A stretch of DNA of 62,591 bases, counting the filler, from Chrysochromulina tobinii (taxonomy: Eukaryota): the NCBI GenBank assembly GCA_001275005.1. It is 11 parts of 11 records of this genome, joined end to end, with 100 filler letters (N's around TTAATTAATTAA, not from the genome) between each part and the next. Parts side by side here need not be neighbours in the genome. Positions count along the whole stretch, not along the records: positions 9,169 to 19,251 come from JWZX01000823.1; positions 19,352 to 21,388 come from JWZX01000825.1; positions 21,489 to 23,823 come from JWZX01000826.1; 8 more parts are not named here. One strand, 5' to 3'. Under the pieces are notes generated by a model. The model had not been told where the DNA came from. It worked only from the letters and a program-made list of their open reading frames with translations, and searched no databases. Made by a program: the position numbers and the translations under genes. Positions 11,606 through 22,630 of this stretch are shown one piece after another; position 1 is the first letter of the stretch, and each line of letters begins with the position of its first letter.

Positions 11606-12910
11606 TTAATGAGGCGTCAGCGGCGCCCCGGACATGATCTTCTGGATGATGAGCCCGAGGGAGAGCGGCATGATGGCCAACCCGATGCACAGGAGGCCGA
11701 AGCCGACCCAGCGTGACGCCCGGTCGGGGAAGAGGAGAAAGTAGGAGGCGCCTGGGAGGATGTACGAGACGATCGTGGAGCCGGTGGCGCCAACGATGGA
11801 GAGGATCATCCCGAGGTCGTCGACCATGAAGGCGATCGAGCCCGTGCACACGACGAAGAGCGTGGTGATCGAGTAGTGCAGTACGTCCTCGTCCACGGTG
11901 GCACAGTTCTTCACAATCGACGAGAAGGCGGCGCGCGACGGGTGCGCCTGGAGCGGGTAGCAGCACGTGACGACGAGCGAGATGGCGAGGCGCGCGACGG
12001 CGACGGTGATGTTCGCCTGAGGATACGAGACGAGGATGTCCTTCGAGACGAAGCTACCGAAGGTGTAATAGCCCGAGGAGCCGAGTAGAATGTAGATGAC
12101 CAGTGCCACCGAGACCGCAATGAACGCGACCGTGGCGTTGCGCTCGCGCGTCGGGTTCGCCAGCTCGTTCGTGATCGAGAAGATGTTTTGGTGGCACGTG
12201 TACGAGAAGACGAACACCGGTAGGGCGCGCAGGATCGTCATTGGGGACTGCACCAGGACGATGGTCCCTTCGCACTCGTCCTCTTTCTCGGCGCACGCGT
12301 CAAAGTCGGGCATGAGGTCCGGGAAGGCCTTTTCGATGGCGAAGACGACGATCATGACCGTGATCAGCAGCACGCACGAGAGCGCCACCTTGGACGCGTG
12401 CTGCAGCGCCGTGATCTGCTTCATGTAGGCGAGCGGCCCCGCGACCGCGAGCGCCGCGATCGTCCACAAGCGCCGGTCGAGCCAGATTCCGGTGGCGCCG
12501 AAGGCGGCGATGGCCTTGGGTACCGAGTCGGCGATGACGATCAGGTACGACGTGGCCACGCCGAAGCACTTGATCGCCACCGCCACGTCAATGTACACGC
12601 CCGCGCCCGGCACCGCAAGCTCCGAGACGGAGCGGAAGTTGGCCGGGCGGCCGGCATAGTCGGCGGCCTCCGAAAGGCACACGAGGGCGGTGGCGGAGCA
12701 TAGGCCAAAGGCGAGCAGCATGATCGGACCCAAAAGGAAGCCGCACTGCGCGAATGCATACGGCAGCCCAAGCATACCCGCACCCAAGATGGTGTTGGAG
12801 AGGACTAAGATGCCGCCCACGAGGGGAGTACCCGAAGCAGCCGCGCCGGTCGTCGGAGGGAGGAGCGGCTGAGCGAGTGCGCCCGTCGGGGCCGTCTTTG
12901 CCCCTGGCAT
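11606..12910 (-). CDS. Amino-acid transporter (Aa_trans; AVT/SLC38-like)
   Basis: NTILGAGMLGLPYAF, IKCFGVATSYLIVIAD, FVFSYTCHQN and VGATGSTIVSYILPG; about 11 TM segments. Confidence 0.92.
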   Translation of the reverse strand: MPGAKTAPTGALAQPLLPPTTGAAASGTPLVGGILVLSNTILGAGMLGLPYAFAQCGFLLGPIMLLAFGLCSATALVCLSEAADYAGRPANFRSVSELAVPGAGVYIDVAVAIKCFGVATSYLIVIADSVPKAIAAFGATGIWLDRRLWTIAALAVAGPLAYMKQITALQHASKVALSCVLLITVMIVVFAIEKAFPDLMPDFDACAEKEDECEGTIVLVQSPMTILRALPVFVFSYTCHQNIFSITNELANPTRERNATVAFIAVSVALVIYILLGSSGYYTFGSFVSKDILVSYPQANITVAVARLAISLVVTCCYPLQAHPSRAAFSSIVKNCATVDEDVLHYSITTLFVVCTGSIAFMVDDLGMILSIVGATGSTIVSYILPGASYFLLFPDRASRWVGFGLLCIGLAIMPLSLGLIIQKIMSGAPLTPH

Positions 12911-13224
12911 CGGATCGCTCTGTAGAAACAGCAGCGGGGCGCGCTCCTCGGCTATTGATGTGCACCCGAAGGCGGTCCGAGGGCTCCGTTTCGAGATGCA
13001 GAAAATAGCCAAGTTTGGCCACGTGTCACCCGGTTGGCCGCTTCGCGATATTCATTCTCGGCGTGCACGACCCCTCCAGGCCCCGAATCTCAAAATCTGG
13101 AGTGAATCACCGCCGCCACTCGCCACGATCACGCGCAAAGTCGACGGGCAGCTAAAAGTCTATAAGAGCAAAGACGAGGACCTACAATAGTAAGGCCGCG
13201 GGGAGTGCGCGGTCGCCAGCATCA

Positions 13225-14059
13225 TTATACGGCTGCTGGCGCCTCGCCCGCGCCCTTGGTCGGCAGCTTGTCCAGGTAGCCGCTGGCTGCGGCCTGCCCG
13301 GGTGACATGATCTGCACGCGGTTCTCCTCCCTCGGCACGCCATCGGGCGGCAGTCGAACGTAGAATCCCTTTTGGTCTTCGGCCGAGTATTGCTCTGGAA
13401 GGAAGCCGCACTCGTCGATCGAAAGTGGCGCGGTGCCATCGACGCCGGCTCGGAGGCCATCAAGGCGGCGGAGCGCCTGCTGCCGCTGCGCAACCTTCAT
13501 CTCCGAGTTGGGAGGCGCGCACCATAACTGCCGAACGGAGCGAGAGACTCGAAGCACACAAGCCGCTGCTGTCAGCGAGGCACGCACAGCCGGAGGCGAT
13601 ACGACGGCCGTCCGCATGCATTCCATTCGCGCCACGAACCTCGAGTGTCTTGCTCAGGCCGATTTCGCGCGGCTGCAGCAGCTTCGCGTGCTCGAACACG
13701 AGCCGCTTCTGCACGACGGCTGCGAGGCCATAGTCGTCAGTGGCCTCCGCTCGAGCAGCGACCTTGCCGACGAACCAAAACTTGTCCTTACCAGGCGCGT
13801 GCACGTACACGTCCACCACGTTCGGCGGCGGATAGCCATCGATACGCAGCGCATTGTACGAGTTCATCTGTCGCTCAAAGTCTTTCTTGTTCAGCGGCTT
13901 CTTTGGCGCCGCCGCCTTGGGTTGCGGCGCGCCAAAGCCACCCATCGAGCAGCAGTGGCAGCGATGGGAAGTGGCGACGTTGAGCAGGCCCGGGGCCACG
14001 TGAAAGGTGCTAGAGCCGGCAGGGTAGGAGAGGAGCACGATCGCTTGGAGGAGGCGCAT
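13225..14059 (-). CDS. Putative plastid-targeted hypothetical protein, 2 exons (intron ~13529-13639)
   Basis: Signal peptide, then F-initial transit-like segment and GGFG. LE|gttcgt...ggcag|LWCAPPNSE joins ORFs 13460..14269 and 13225..13635. Confidence 0.65.
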
Positions 14060-14342
14060 GCGGCGGGATGGACGATTGTGTGTGACGTCAAGACAATCGA
14101 GATCGCGCCTCGCCAAACCCCGCAAGAAAGTGTGGGTCTCAACGTTGTCTAGCTTCAGAGACCAGCGACCCTCGCCTCCGCTGTGGAGACGAGCTGAACT
14201 ACGCCAACCCCCAGCGCCGTTGCCAAAGGCCAAGAGCGCCCACGAGAGCGTCGGGCCACCCGCGCTCACTTATGCTCAGGCCTCAGCTCTTGCAATCTTG
14301 CATAGTTGAGCTCACAGCTCTCAGCTCTCATCTCTTGCTTGC

Positions 14343-16166
14343 TCAGAGCAGTAGCGGCAGCGCGACGGCGAAGAGATCGAGGGTCGGATCGAGCTGCCGA
14401 CCCAGGCCCTCGAGCACCACGATGGCAGTGACCAACGTCGTGAAGTTGGGCTCCACCTGATGAGGGGGGCAATCACCACGATGGCAGTGAAGTTGGGCTC
14501 CACTTTGACGCGGTGCAATCAGAGGCAATTAGAGGCAATCAGAGGCAATTAGAAGTTGGGCTCCACCTTGACGCGGTGCACCCGCACCAGGGTCGTCAGC
14601 TCAAGCAGCACGTCGCCAATCTTGAGGGCCTTGAGGTTGAACGCCCCCCGAGACCCCAGACCGACGCCCTGCACGATGCGCTGCACACCCTCCTCAAAGG
14701 CCGTCGGGTCTTCACACGCGTGCTCGGGCGAGTGCTCCAGCATCAAGCGCGCTGCCTTCCGCCCGTCGCCAGCGCCCAGGGCACGAAAGAGGCGCTTGAA
14801 GTTGGCCTGCAGCACTCGGAGTGCCACGTAGTCAAGTCAAGTCAAGTCAGTCAAGTCAAGTCAAGTCAAGTGCCACGCAGGAGGAGTCGCTCGGGAGGGC
14901 ACTCTGTGAAGGGCACTCTGTAAAGGGGCACTCTGTGAAGGGGCACTCTGTGAAGGGTAATGTGATGGGGGCTCCTTTCACCTGATCTCGTGCGCTCAGC
15001 TCGACGGCGAGGCCCGCATCGACGAAACTGATTCCAAGGGGCGCGCTCGGGTCGTCCGGCGCCATGACGAGTACATTGCCTGGGTGCAGGTCTGCATGCA
15101 CGAAGTTGTGACGAAGCACCATCGTGAAGAACGCCTCGAGGCCGCGGCGAGCGAGCTCGCGATCTCGCGCGATCCCGAGCCCGAGCTGCCCCATCTCCGG
15201 CCGGAGATCGCCGCGATGTCGCTCGAGCATCTGCGAGAGCGGCGTGCCGTTGACGAAACTCTCGACGAGCACCGATCTCGCGACAAGACCTTCGTCGAGA
15301 AACGGTCGCGGGAATTGGATGGCGCCGCCGCGTTCGGAGCCAAAGTTGGCGCGGAAGCGAGCCAGATTCGTCGCCTCCCGTCGCAGGTCGAGTTGGGACG
15401 CCATGAACGCTGCGAACTCGTCTGCCGAGTCCGATAGCGCGAGCCAGCGCAGCCCACGCACAGGCAACCAGTCTTCCACCAACTTGGCAGCGGTGCGCAT
15501 CAGGTACACGTCGAGCGCCACCTGCCGGATGACGCCCGGGTGAAGTACCTTGATCGCCACCCGCTCGCCCGCGGCCGTGGCGCCGCAGTGCACCTGCGCA
15601 ATGCAGCCTGACCCGACGGGAACTGGATCGACGTGCGCAAAGAGTTTCGTCAGCGGCGCTCCGAAGGCGGCCTCGATGGTCGCGCGCGTGTGCTCGACGC
15701 TGTGCGCGGGCACGGTGTCGTGCAGCGTCGCGAGTGTGCGGCACACGGAGAGCGGCAGCACATCGGGCCGCGTTGAGGCCCACTGACCCAGCTTGATGGT
15801 GCACGGCCCTCCGCGTTGCAGTGCTCGAAGCATCTCGAGCTCGAGGCGACGCTGGAAGAACTCCGGAAGGAGGTACGCGGGAAGCAGCAGCAGCAGCGGC
15901 GGAAGCATCACGGCCCCCAGCCAAAGTGCACGCGCGATCAGACGGAGCACGTCTGCCACCGTATGCACTCGGAACGTGGAGAGCTCGTCGTCGGCCGCCG
16001 AGTCCTCACGGCGGTGGCTCGCGAGCCTCAGCACAGTCGGCGCCGGCCGTCGAGGCGGTACGAGCCACGCTCGGTCGGTCGGAGAACACGCACAGAGCCA
16101 CGGGCGCACGCGCGAGCAGCACAGAGGCGCGAGCGCCGTCGAGGAGCTCACCATGCGACGCAACAT
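14343..16166 (-). CDS. ABC1/UbiB (ADCK2-like) atypical kinase, 3 exons (introns 14807-14981 and 14457-14566)
   Basis: GPCTIKLGQWASTRPD, GSGCIAQVH, VAIKVLHP, NFVHADLHPGN, VDAGL; spliced C-terminus VEPNFTTLVTAIVVLEGLGRQLDP. Confidence 0.92.
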
Positions 16167-16279
16167 CCGCAAAGAGTTTTTCGTCCTCCTAAAACGCTCG
16201 AGTTGGAGTGTTGAGAAGAAAGTCATGTGTTGCTGATCACGTTACAGCGTGATTCACATGAAGAAAACGCAAAGAAAAC

Positions 16280-16897
16280 ATGCTTCGCCTTCTCTTTCGC
16301 CAAGCCTCCTCGATGCGCCGCGGACGATTGCCATCGCTGCCAATGGTCATCTCGCGCGGATGCTCCACCGAGGACCCCTCGCGGCGTGTGGCCGCATTCC
16401 GAGTCGCCGAGCTGCGTCGACGACTACAGGCTGAGGCGGCAGGGCCAGGCGCGAAGGTGAATGCCGAATGGATACCTGGACTGATCAAGTCGTCAGCCGG
16501 TGGCACGCCGGCACGTCTTGCGCCGGGGATGGCTGCGGAGCTGCTCTTTGAGGTCGGCTGGAACGCGCGGCACCGCTACCTCGACGTGCGGGAGCACGCT
16601 GATGGCGGCAAGGTACATGGGGCACTGCATTGCCCATTCCTTCCAGAGGCACACAGCTTCGAGGCACGCGCGAGCGACGCGCTTCGAAGCGACGGAGGCG
16701 GGATTCCCAAGGCAGCACGTGTCATCGTCGGCTGTGACGGGAGCGAGGACTCTGAGGACGCGCAGGCGGCGGTGACGATCCTGCAGCGCGCGGGGTATGT
16801 CAATGCGGTCGTCCTCGACGGCGGATTCGAGCGTTGGCGCACCGAGGGGTTGCCCGTCGAGAAGGAGGAGGAGATGATCCCAGATAGCACGCTGTGA
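16280..16897 (+). CDS. Rhodanese-domain protein
   Basis: YLDVRE..GKVHGA, IVGCDG and LDGGFERWRTEGLPVE. Confidence 0.85.
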   Translation: MLRLLFRQASSMRRGRLPSLPMVISRGCSTEDPSRRVAAFRVAELRRRLQAEAAGPGAKVNAEWIPGLIKSSAGGTPARLAPGMAAELLFEVGWNARHRYLDVREHADGGKVHGALHCPFLPEAHSFEARASDALRSDGGGIPKAARVIVGCDGSEDSEDAQAAVTILQRAGYVNAVVLDGGFERWRTEGLPVEKEEEMIPDSTL

Positions 16898-17191
16898 GTG
16901 AATCAGTACAAATCACCGCTCTTCGGACCGTTTCTCCAGGTCTACAGCCCCATTCGTATAGTACCTGTGCTGTCGTACTGCGTGGAACTGCTGCGCGCGC
17001 GGTCTCCGCGCGTTGGAGAGCCGGGAGGGCGACGAGGGTGGGTATGTTATTAATACGGGTCTGAAGTATATAAAAGATTTAGTACGATCCGCAGGGGCTG
17101 AATCCGTCCTGAATGACATGATGCAGAGTCTTCGCTGTGTCTTCACTGTGTCTTCACAGCCACTCAGTCCTATCAGCGAATCACAGCGCTG

Positions 17192-18334
17192 TCAGGACGG
17201 CCCGTATTTGGCCTCGAGCCCCCGGCGAACCATCTCCATTTGGATCGCATGACCCGTCGCCTTGTCCACCTGATGAGACTCCCGCGCCTCCGGGGGCATC
17301 GGCTCCTTACTTAGCCAGACTAGGATGACTTCGCTGTTGCCACGGCTTCCGTCTGCTTCACTGCCACCGCCGCCGCCGCCCTCGCTACCGCCGCCCTCGC
17401 CGCCGCCTTCCTCGCCGCCGCCGCCCTCGCCGCCTTCCTCACTCTTGTACCCGCGTACTTGCCATTCACTCGCCTTCCCTCGCACCCGCCAAAGACCGAT
17501 ACGGTAGCGTCGAGCATCCTTGGTGCGCGGATGGGTGAGGCACGCGCCGGAGCCCAGGTCGAAGATGTATGCATGCGCAGGGCAGCTGATGCATGGTCCA
17601 TGCGTGCTCCCTGCAAAGGCATCACTCAAATCTTCGATGTCACTCATGGCCAACGAGATCGCCGCGTGCGGGCATGCCTCCTGCACCGCCCAAAAGCTCG
17701 TCAGCCCGCGCCGCCACACGACGACACGCTCGCCCTCCCACGCCGCACACGTCGAGCGGTGGACGGCAAAGCTTTCGAAAGGGGCACCCACTCCAGCCGC
17801 CTCCCCAGCCGCCTCCCCAGCCGCCTCCCCAGCCGCTGATCCAGCTGCTGCTCCAGCCGCTGCTCCAGCCGCTGCTCCAGCCGCTGCTCCAACGCTCGTC
17901 GCGTCGCTCGTCGCATTGCTCACCGCCTCGGCCGTCGCCTCGGCCGTCGCCTCGTTTATGACGGTGACCGTGTGCACGTGCACGTAGCTCGTTTCGATGC
18001 GGCCGCGTAGCAGCGCTAGCCGCAGCTGCAGCCGCAGCTCACGCTCTTTGTCGCCGAGCAAAGCAAGCGAGGGTGGTGGGAGGGGCTTCGCGTGCGCGGC
18101 CGGTGCAGAGTGCTCAGAGGTTGCGGCTGACGATGCAGCGGGCGCAACGGACGTCACCACTGGCGCGACGGCTGACTCGACGTTGGAAGGATCGGTGCGA
18201 GGCATCGGCTCTCGCGGTGAAAGGTGGTTGTGAAGGCGGTGGCGAAGGCGGCGGTGGCGAGGGTGATGGGCAGGCGGTGGCGGCGAGGGAGGCGGGTAGG
18301 TAGGGGGAGGGTTTAGGGAGGTTTCCTGGCCCAT
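17192..18334 (-). CDS. Rieske [2Fe-2S] ferredoxin-domain protein with low-complexity linkers
   Basis: CPH...CISCPAHAYIFDLGSGAC Rieske ligand motifs; start codon uncertain. Confidence 0.8.
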   Translation of the reverse strand: MGQETSLNPPPTYPPPSPPPPAHHPRHRRLRHRLHNHLSPREPMPRTDPSNVESAVAPVVTSVAPAASSAATSEHSAPAAHAKPLPPPSLALLGDKERELRLQLRLALLRGRIETSYVHVHTVTVINEATAEATAEAVSNATSDATSVGAAAGAAAGAAAGAAAGSAAGEAAGEAAGEAAGVGAPFESFAVHRSTCAAWEGERVVVWRRGLTSFWAVQEACPHAAISLAMSDIEDLSDAFAGSTHGPCISCPAHAYIFDLGSGACLTHPRTKDARRYRIGLWRVRGKASEWQVRGYKSEEGGEGGGGEEGGGEGGGSEGGGGGGSEADGSRGNSEVILVWLSKEPMPPEARESHQVDKATGHAIQMEMVRRGLEAKYGPS

Positions 18335-18513
18335 GTTTACAGGTCCCTGCACTCGGAGGACCGCTCATGCCATGCACTCGTGCTCACGGGACAGTTCTCA
18401 GGGAAGGTCTCCAAACTTACGCGACTTACGCGTCGAAACAGAGTAGACCCAAATCTCCGAAAAAGAGTCTCGCTTCTTTTTCTATTTGTAGTCTGCAAGC
18501 TGAGTGGATTTCA

Positions 18514-19167
18514 ATGAAAGCGAGGCGACAAAACCCCGCCCAGGACGCGCAGCGCGACGCCCTGAAGCGCATCCTCTTGTGCAAGAAGGAGAGGAAGTGG
18601 CAGGACGCCATCGCCATCCTCTCAAAAGCACGAATGGAAGGTGCCCCGCTCTCGACCGTCTCGTACAATGCGGCCATTGATTGCTGCAGCAAGTCCAAGC
18701 AAGTCCGGGTGGCGCTCGAGCTCTTCGACGAGCTCGTGTGCGTGGGCAACTTCCCGGATGCGGTCACCTATACCACGCTCATCGACGCGTGCGGCCGCGC
18801 GGGCCACCTCGACCAGGCATTCGCCCTCTTTAGCCGGTGAGCCCATGCCCGTCTCTGGATCGGTCGAGAACCTCCGCGCCCATCTGGCGCCGAACCGCGG
18901 CCGCGCCGCGCAAGGGTCGTTTAGGGCCGAGCTGGGCTCTGCGGCGCGCCCGAACGCCCCGCGCGCCCTCGTCGCCCGTCGCCTCCGCAGCGGCGTGGTT
19001 GCCGGCGCCTCATGATGGTGGTGCTGCTGCTGCTCATGACTGCGCCATCGAGTGTTCCTCCGCGTGGCCGCAGCATGCAACTGGCCAACGTGGCGCCCAA
19101 CCTGATCACGTACAACGCGCTCATCCATGCGTGCGCGACGGTGGGCGCCACGGACGCGGCGTTCCAG
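18514..19167 (+). CDS. Pentatricopeptide-repeat protein, 3'-truncated by contig end (intron 18837-19073)
   Basis: Repeats VSYNAAIDCCSK, PDAVTYTTLIDACGRAG and PNLITYNALIHACA. Confidence 0.9.
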
Positions 19168-19351
19168 GTGCGTTGTGCCCTCGACCCTGTGGAACCGTCC
19201 CCCCCCCCGTCCCCCCTCCGCCCCCTATGGACCCGTCCCCCCTCCGCCCCCNNNNNNNNNNNNNNNNNNNNNNNNNNNNNNNNNNNNNNNNNNNNTTAAT
19301 TAATTAANNNNNNNNNNNNNNNNNNNNNNNNNNNNNNNNNNNNNNNNNNNN

Positions 19352-19880
19352 CTTGCCGCTCCACTTAGAGTTCACTGGCTACGGCAGCTTGCCACTTGGC
19401 CCGGCGCCTGACGGCCTCGGCAGCTTGCCGATCGGCACGGCGCTCAGCGACCACTACGGCTCGCCGCTCGGCTTGGAGCTCGATTGCTTAGGCAGCTTGC
19501 CGCTAGGTAGACGCTCGACGGCCTTGACGGCTCGCCCTTCGGCTCAGGGCTCGATTGCTAGAGCTCGCCGCTCGGGTCGCGCTTGACAGCTACGGCAGCT
19601 TGCCTCTCGGTCGCCTCTTGTATCGGCACTCGAGTGCTTTTTGGCAGCTTGCCACTCTGTGACTCGCTCGACGTCCTCGAAGGCTTGCCACTTGGCTCAG
19701 CGCTTGTTGCGCTTGACGGCTTCGGCAGCTTGCCGATCGGCACGGCGCTCAACGACCACTGCGGCTCGACGCTTGGCTAGGAGCTCGATTGCTTTGGCAG
19801 CTTGCCAATTGGCTTGGCGCTTGACGGCTTCGGCAGCTTGCTGCTCGGCTTGGAGCTCGACGGCCTCGGCAGCTGGCCCC
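19352..19880. repeat. Degenerate ~33-bp minisatellite (GGCAGCTTGCC-core)
   Basis: Recurrent ggcagcttgcc..(c/t)ggc..gcgct.gacggc units; reading frames are broken. Confidence 0.75.
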
Positions 19881-19929
19881 TCTATGGCCCCTCAGCTCGG
19901 CGCCAATAGCTAGCGCGCTTCCGAAAGGT

Positions 19930-20580
19930 GGACTGGGCGGTCCCTCTGTAACTGCTGCAGGTGGCAGGCAGGCTTGACGCCCCTAAGGGCGACTTGGCCG
20001 CTCTCGACTGCGTGGGTGCTGCTCGGCTGTGACTATGCAGTCGCATCCTTCAACACTTGACTAGCGGTCCCTCTGTGACTGTGCTGCGGGTGGCGTCTCC
20101 GGGGCTGGTCGGGCTTTCTCTGTGGCTGCACTGGCTATCTTCTCGTCCGACTTCCCAATAGGCGGTCTGCGCCCTCCTCGACTCCGTGTGCGGCTCAGTT
20201 CTGCGAGCACCCTCGACTCCGTGTGCCAGCTGGGCTCGGCAGTCTATCTGCGACCGAATGGCTGCGGATTGACTGCTGAGCTGGGCGAGCCATCTGCGAC
20301 TGCTGCAGATGGTGAACTGAACGCCCTAAAGGGCGATCTGGCCGTCCTCGACTGGGAGCAACTCTGGGGCTGACTCTGAGAGTGAGCGCGTCTGAAAGCT
20401 GAACTGGGCGAGCCATCTGCGACTGCAGGTGGCGAGCCTGACGTCCTTCGAATGATTGTGCTGCTCGGCTGACTCTGCTAGCACTTACTCCTCAGATATA
20501 GGCTATCTGCGACTGCACTGGCGAGCTTTACGACCCCCCCCCCTTGGTGCGGGCGACTTGGCCTCTCTCGACTGCGTGTG
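19930..20580. repeat. Degenerate interspersed repeats
   Basis: About four copies of ctgcgactgc..ggtggcgagc..gacgccc..gggcgacttggcc..ctcgactg. Confidence 0.55.
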
Positions 20581-20624
20581 CGCGCTGTCTGCAGCGGGCG
20601 TGTCTGAGCCTCTCTCGTCAAGAA

Positions 20625-20806
20625 GTCGCCGGGTGACGGCAAGAAGAAGAAGCCCTCGGACGGACTGGAGCGGATGAAGGGCGGCAACCCGGCTGGGCCG
20701 CCCTGCCGCACCTTTGCCAGCGGCACGTGCAACGCAAGTGCCGCTTCTCTCACGAGGAGAAGGCCTCGGACGCGGGGCCGAGGACGGCGACGACGAGGAA
20801 GAGTAG
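20625..20806 (+). pseudogene. Remnant of a CCCH zinc-finger gag-like ORF C-terminus
   Basis: DGKKKKPSDGLERMKGGNPAGPPCRTFASGTCN-(frameshift)-KCRFSH, resembling the C-terminus encoded at 24413-24600. Confidence 0.6.
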
Positions 20807-21987
20807 GGCGTCTGCCTTGCCTTCTCTCTATATCTCGCTGATGTCTTGCTGATATATCTCGCTAGTATCTCGCTGATAGCCTGATGATATCTCGCTGATT
20901 TTCCTCGCTGATTTTCCCTTGCTGATTCGTGGGTGGGTGAGCTCTGCGTTCGCTGATTCGCGGGTGGGCGGGTGGTTCAGAATCGCGAACTCGCTTCGGG
21001 CGCGCTCCGTTGTGCGTCTGCATGCCGCGAGCCAGCGGCACGCTTTTGCATAGAAGGAATCCGTCCCGAAGCTTGGGTATTGATTGGCTGACGTGTACGG
21101 TAACAGTACGGTAACGGACTGTGTGCTGCCACGTGTAACGTGCATGCACCGTCTGTTTGGGGGTAGGGTCAGAGATTCACACACGCGAATCTGCAGTACA
21201 GCAAGTCTCTCGCCAGTCGAGAGCAGTTTTAAGCCTCTCATCAGTCGAGAGCAGTGCTAAGCCTCTCACCAGTTGAGAGCAGTTCTAAGTAGGCGAACGC
21301 GAGTGTGGCAAGCTCAGTGCGAGCCACGCAGTGTCTACAGTGATTGAGGACCAGTGGATGAGGACCAAGTGGTAAGGACATGACCCGANNNNNNNNNNNN
21401 NNNNNNNNNNNNNNNNNNNNNNNNNNNNNNNNTTAATTAATTAANNNNNNNNNNNNNNNNNNNNNNNNNNNNNNNNNNNNNNNNNNNNCACCGCCGCCAC
21501 CGCCCACGCCACCGCCCTCGCCGCCTCCATCCCCACCGCCGCCGTCGCCGCCCCCTCCTTCGCCTCCGCCGCCTTCGCTTCCGATGGCCTCGCCGCCGCC
21601 GCCTCTGTCCGGCCGCCCTCGCTGCCTCCGGCACCTCCTCCACCTTCACCTCATCCTCCGTCTCCGCTGCACATGCCCCCACCTCCGTCCCCGCCGCCGC
21701 CGAGCTCGCCACCCTCGCCGCCGCCGCCCTCACCACCCCTTCGCCGCCTACCTCATCCCCTGCCCTCGCCCCCCCCCCCACCATCGCCCCTGCCATCTCC
21801 ATCGCCCCTCACCAATCCATCGCCTCCGCTGCCTCCGCCGCCCCCACCGTCTCTGCCACCTCCATCGCCTCCGCCGCCTCCGCCTCCTTAGCCCCCTCCG
21901 CCTTTTCCGCCACCGGTCCCGCCACCTCCGTCGCCGCCGCCACCCTCGCATCCGCCCTCGCCACCACCACTCTCTCCCCTACTCAGG

Positions 21988-22360
21988 CAATGGAGGCGTA
22001 TGCGGCGCTCGACAACTCCCCCGACGAGTTCATTCGTCGCATGTTCTCCGAATGGATCACGTCAATTGACGCCGGCATTTCGCGCTTCCTCGAGACCTTC
22101 CTCATGCAGGTGATTGCGTACTGATGACCCACTGATGACCCACTGATGACCCACTGATGACCCACTGATGACCCACTGATGACTCACTGATGACCTCTGA
22201 CGATCCACTGTTGACCCACTGATGACTCACCGATGACTCCCTCGCAACCTTCCTGATGCAGCGCTTGACCACGATGGAGCTCGTGGGCAAGACGTGGCGT
22301 GAGCGGTACGGGTACGTTGCACAAGCCTTCGACAAGTCGTTGCTGCATCTGAGCTCTGAG
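21988..22360 (+). CDS. Internal exons of an unidentified gene (intron 22110-22261)
   Basis: Acceptor ctcag at 21987; AMEAYAALDNSPDEFIRRMFSEWITSIDAGISRFLETFLMQ|RLTTMELVGKTWRERYG reads in frame across a GT-AG intron. Confidence 0.6.
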
Positions 22361-22379
22361 GTCCATCATTGGGAGAATT

Positions 22380-22630
22380 TTTTGGTTTGTGTTTGTGTTT
22401 GTTTGGTTTGGTTTGTGTTTGTGTTTTTTTGGTTTGTGTTTGTGTTTGTGTTTTTTTGGTTTTAATTTATGTTTGTGTTTGTTTGGTTTGAGTTTGTGTT
22501 TGTGTTTTTTTGGTTTGTGTTTGTGTTTGTGTTTTTTTGGTTTGAGTTTGAGTTTATTTAGTTTGAGTTTGTGTTTGTGTTTTTTTGGTTTGTGTTTGTG
22601 TTTGTGTTTTTTTGGTTTGTGTTTGTGTTT
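22380..22630. repeat. (TTTGTG/TTTTGG)n microsatellite
   Basis: About 250 nt of T/G simple repeat. Confidence 0.9.

Noticed and set aside
21489..21987. Proline-rich extensin-like ORFs
   Set aside because: CCG/CCT low-complexity tract with broken frames, ending at a splice acceptor; more likely intronic.
22121..22200. CTGATGA repeats as hammerhead ribozyme cores or C/D snoRNA boxes
   Set aside because: No GAAA core partner, flanking stems or guide region; it is a plain 11-nt tandem repeat in an intron.
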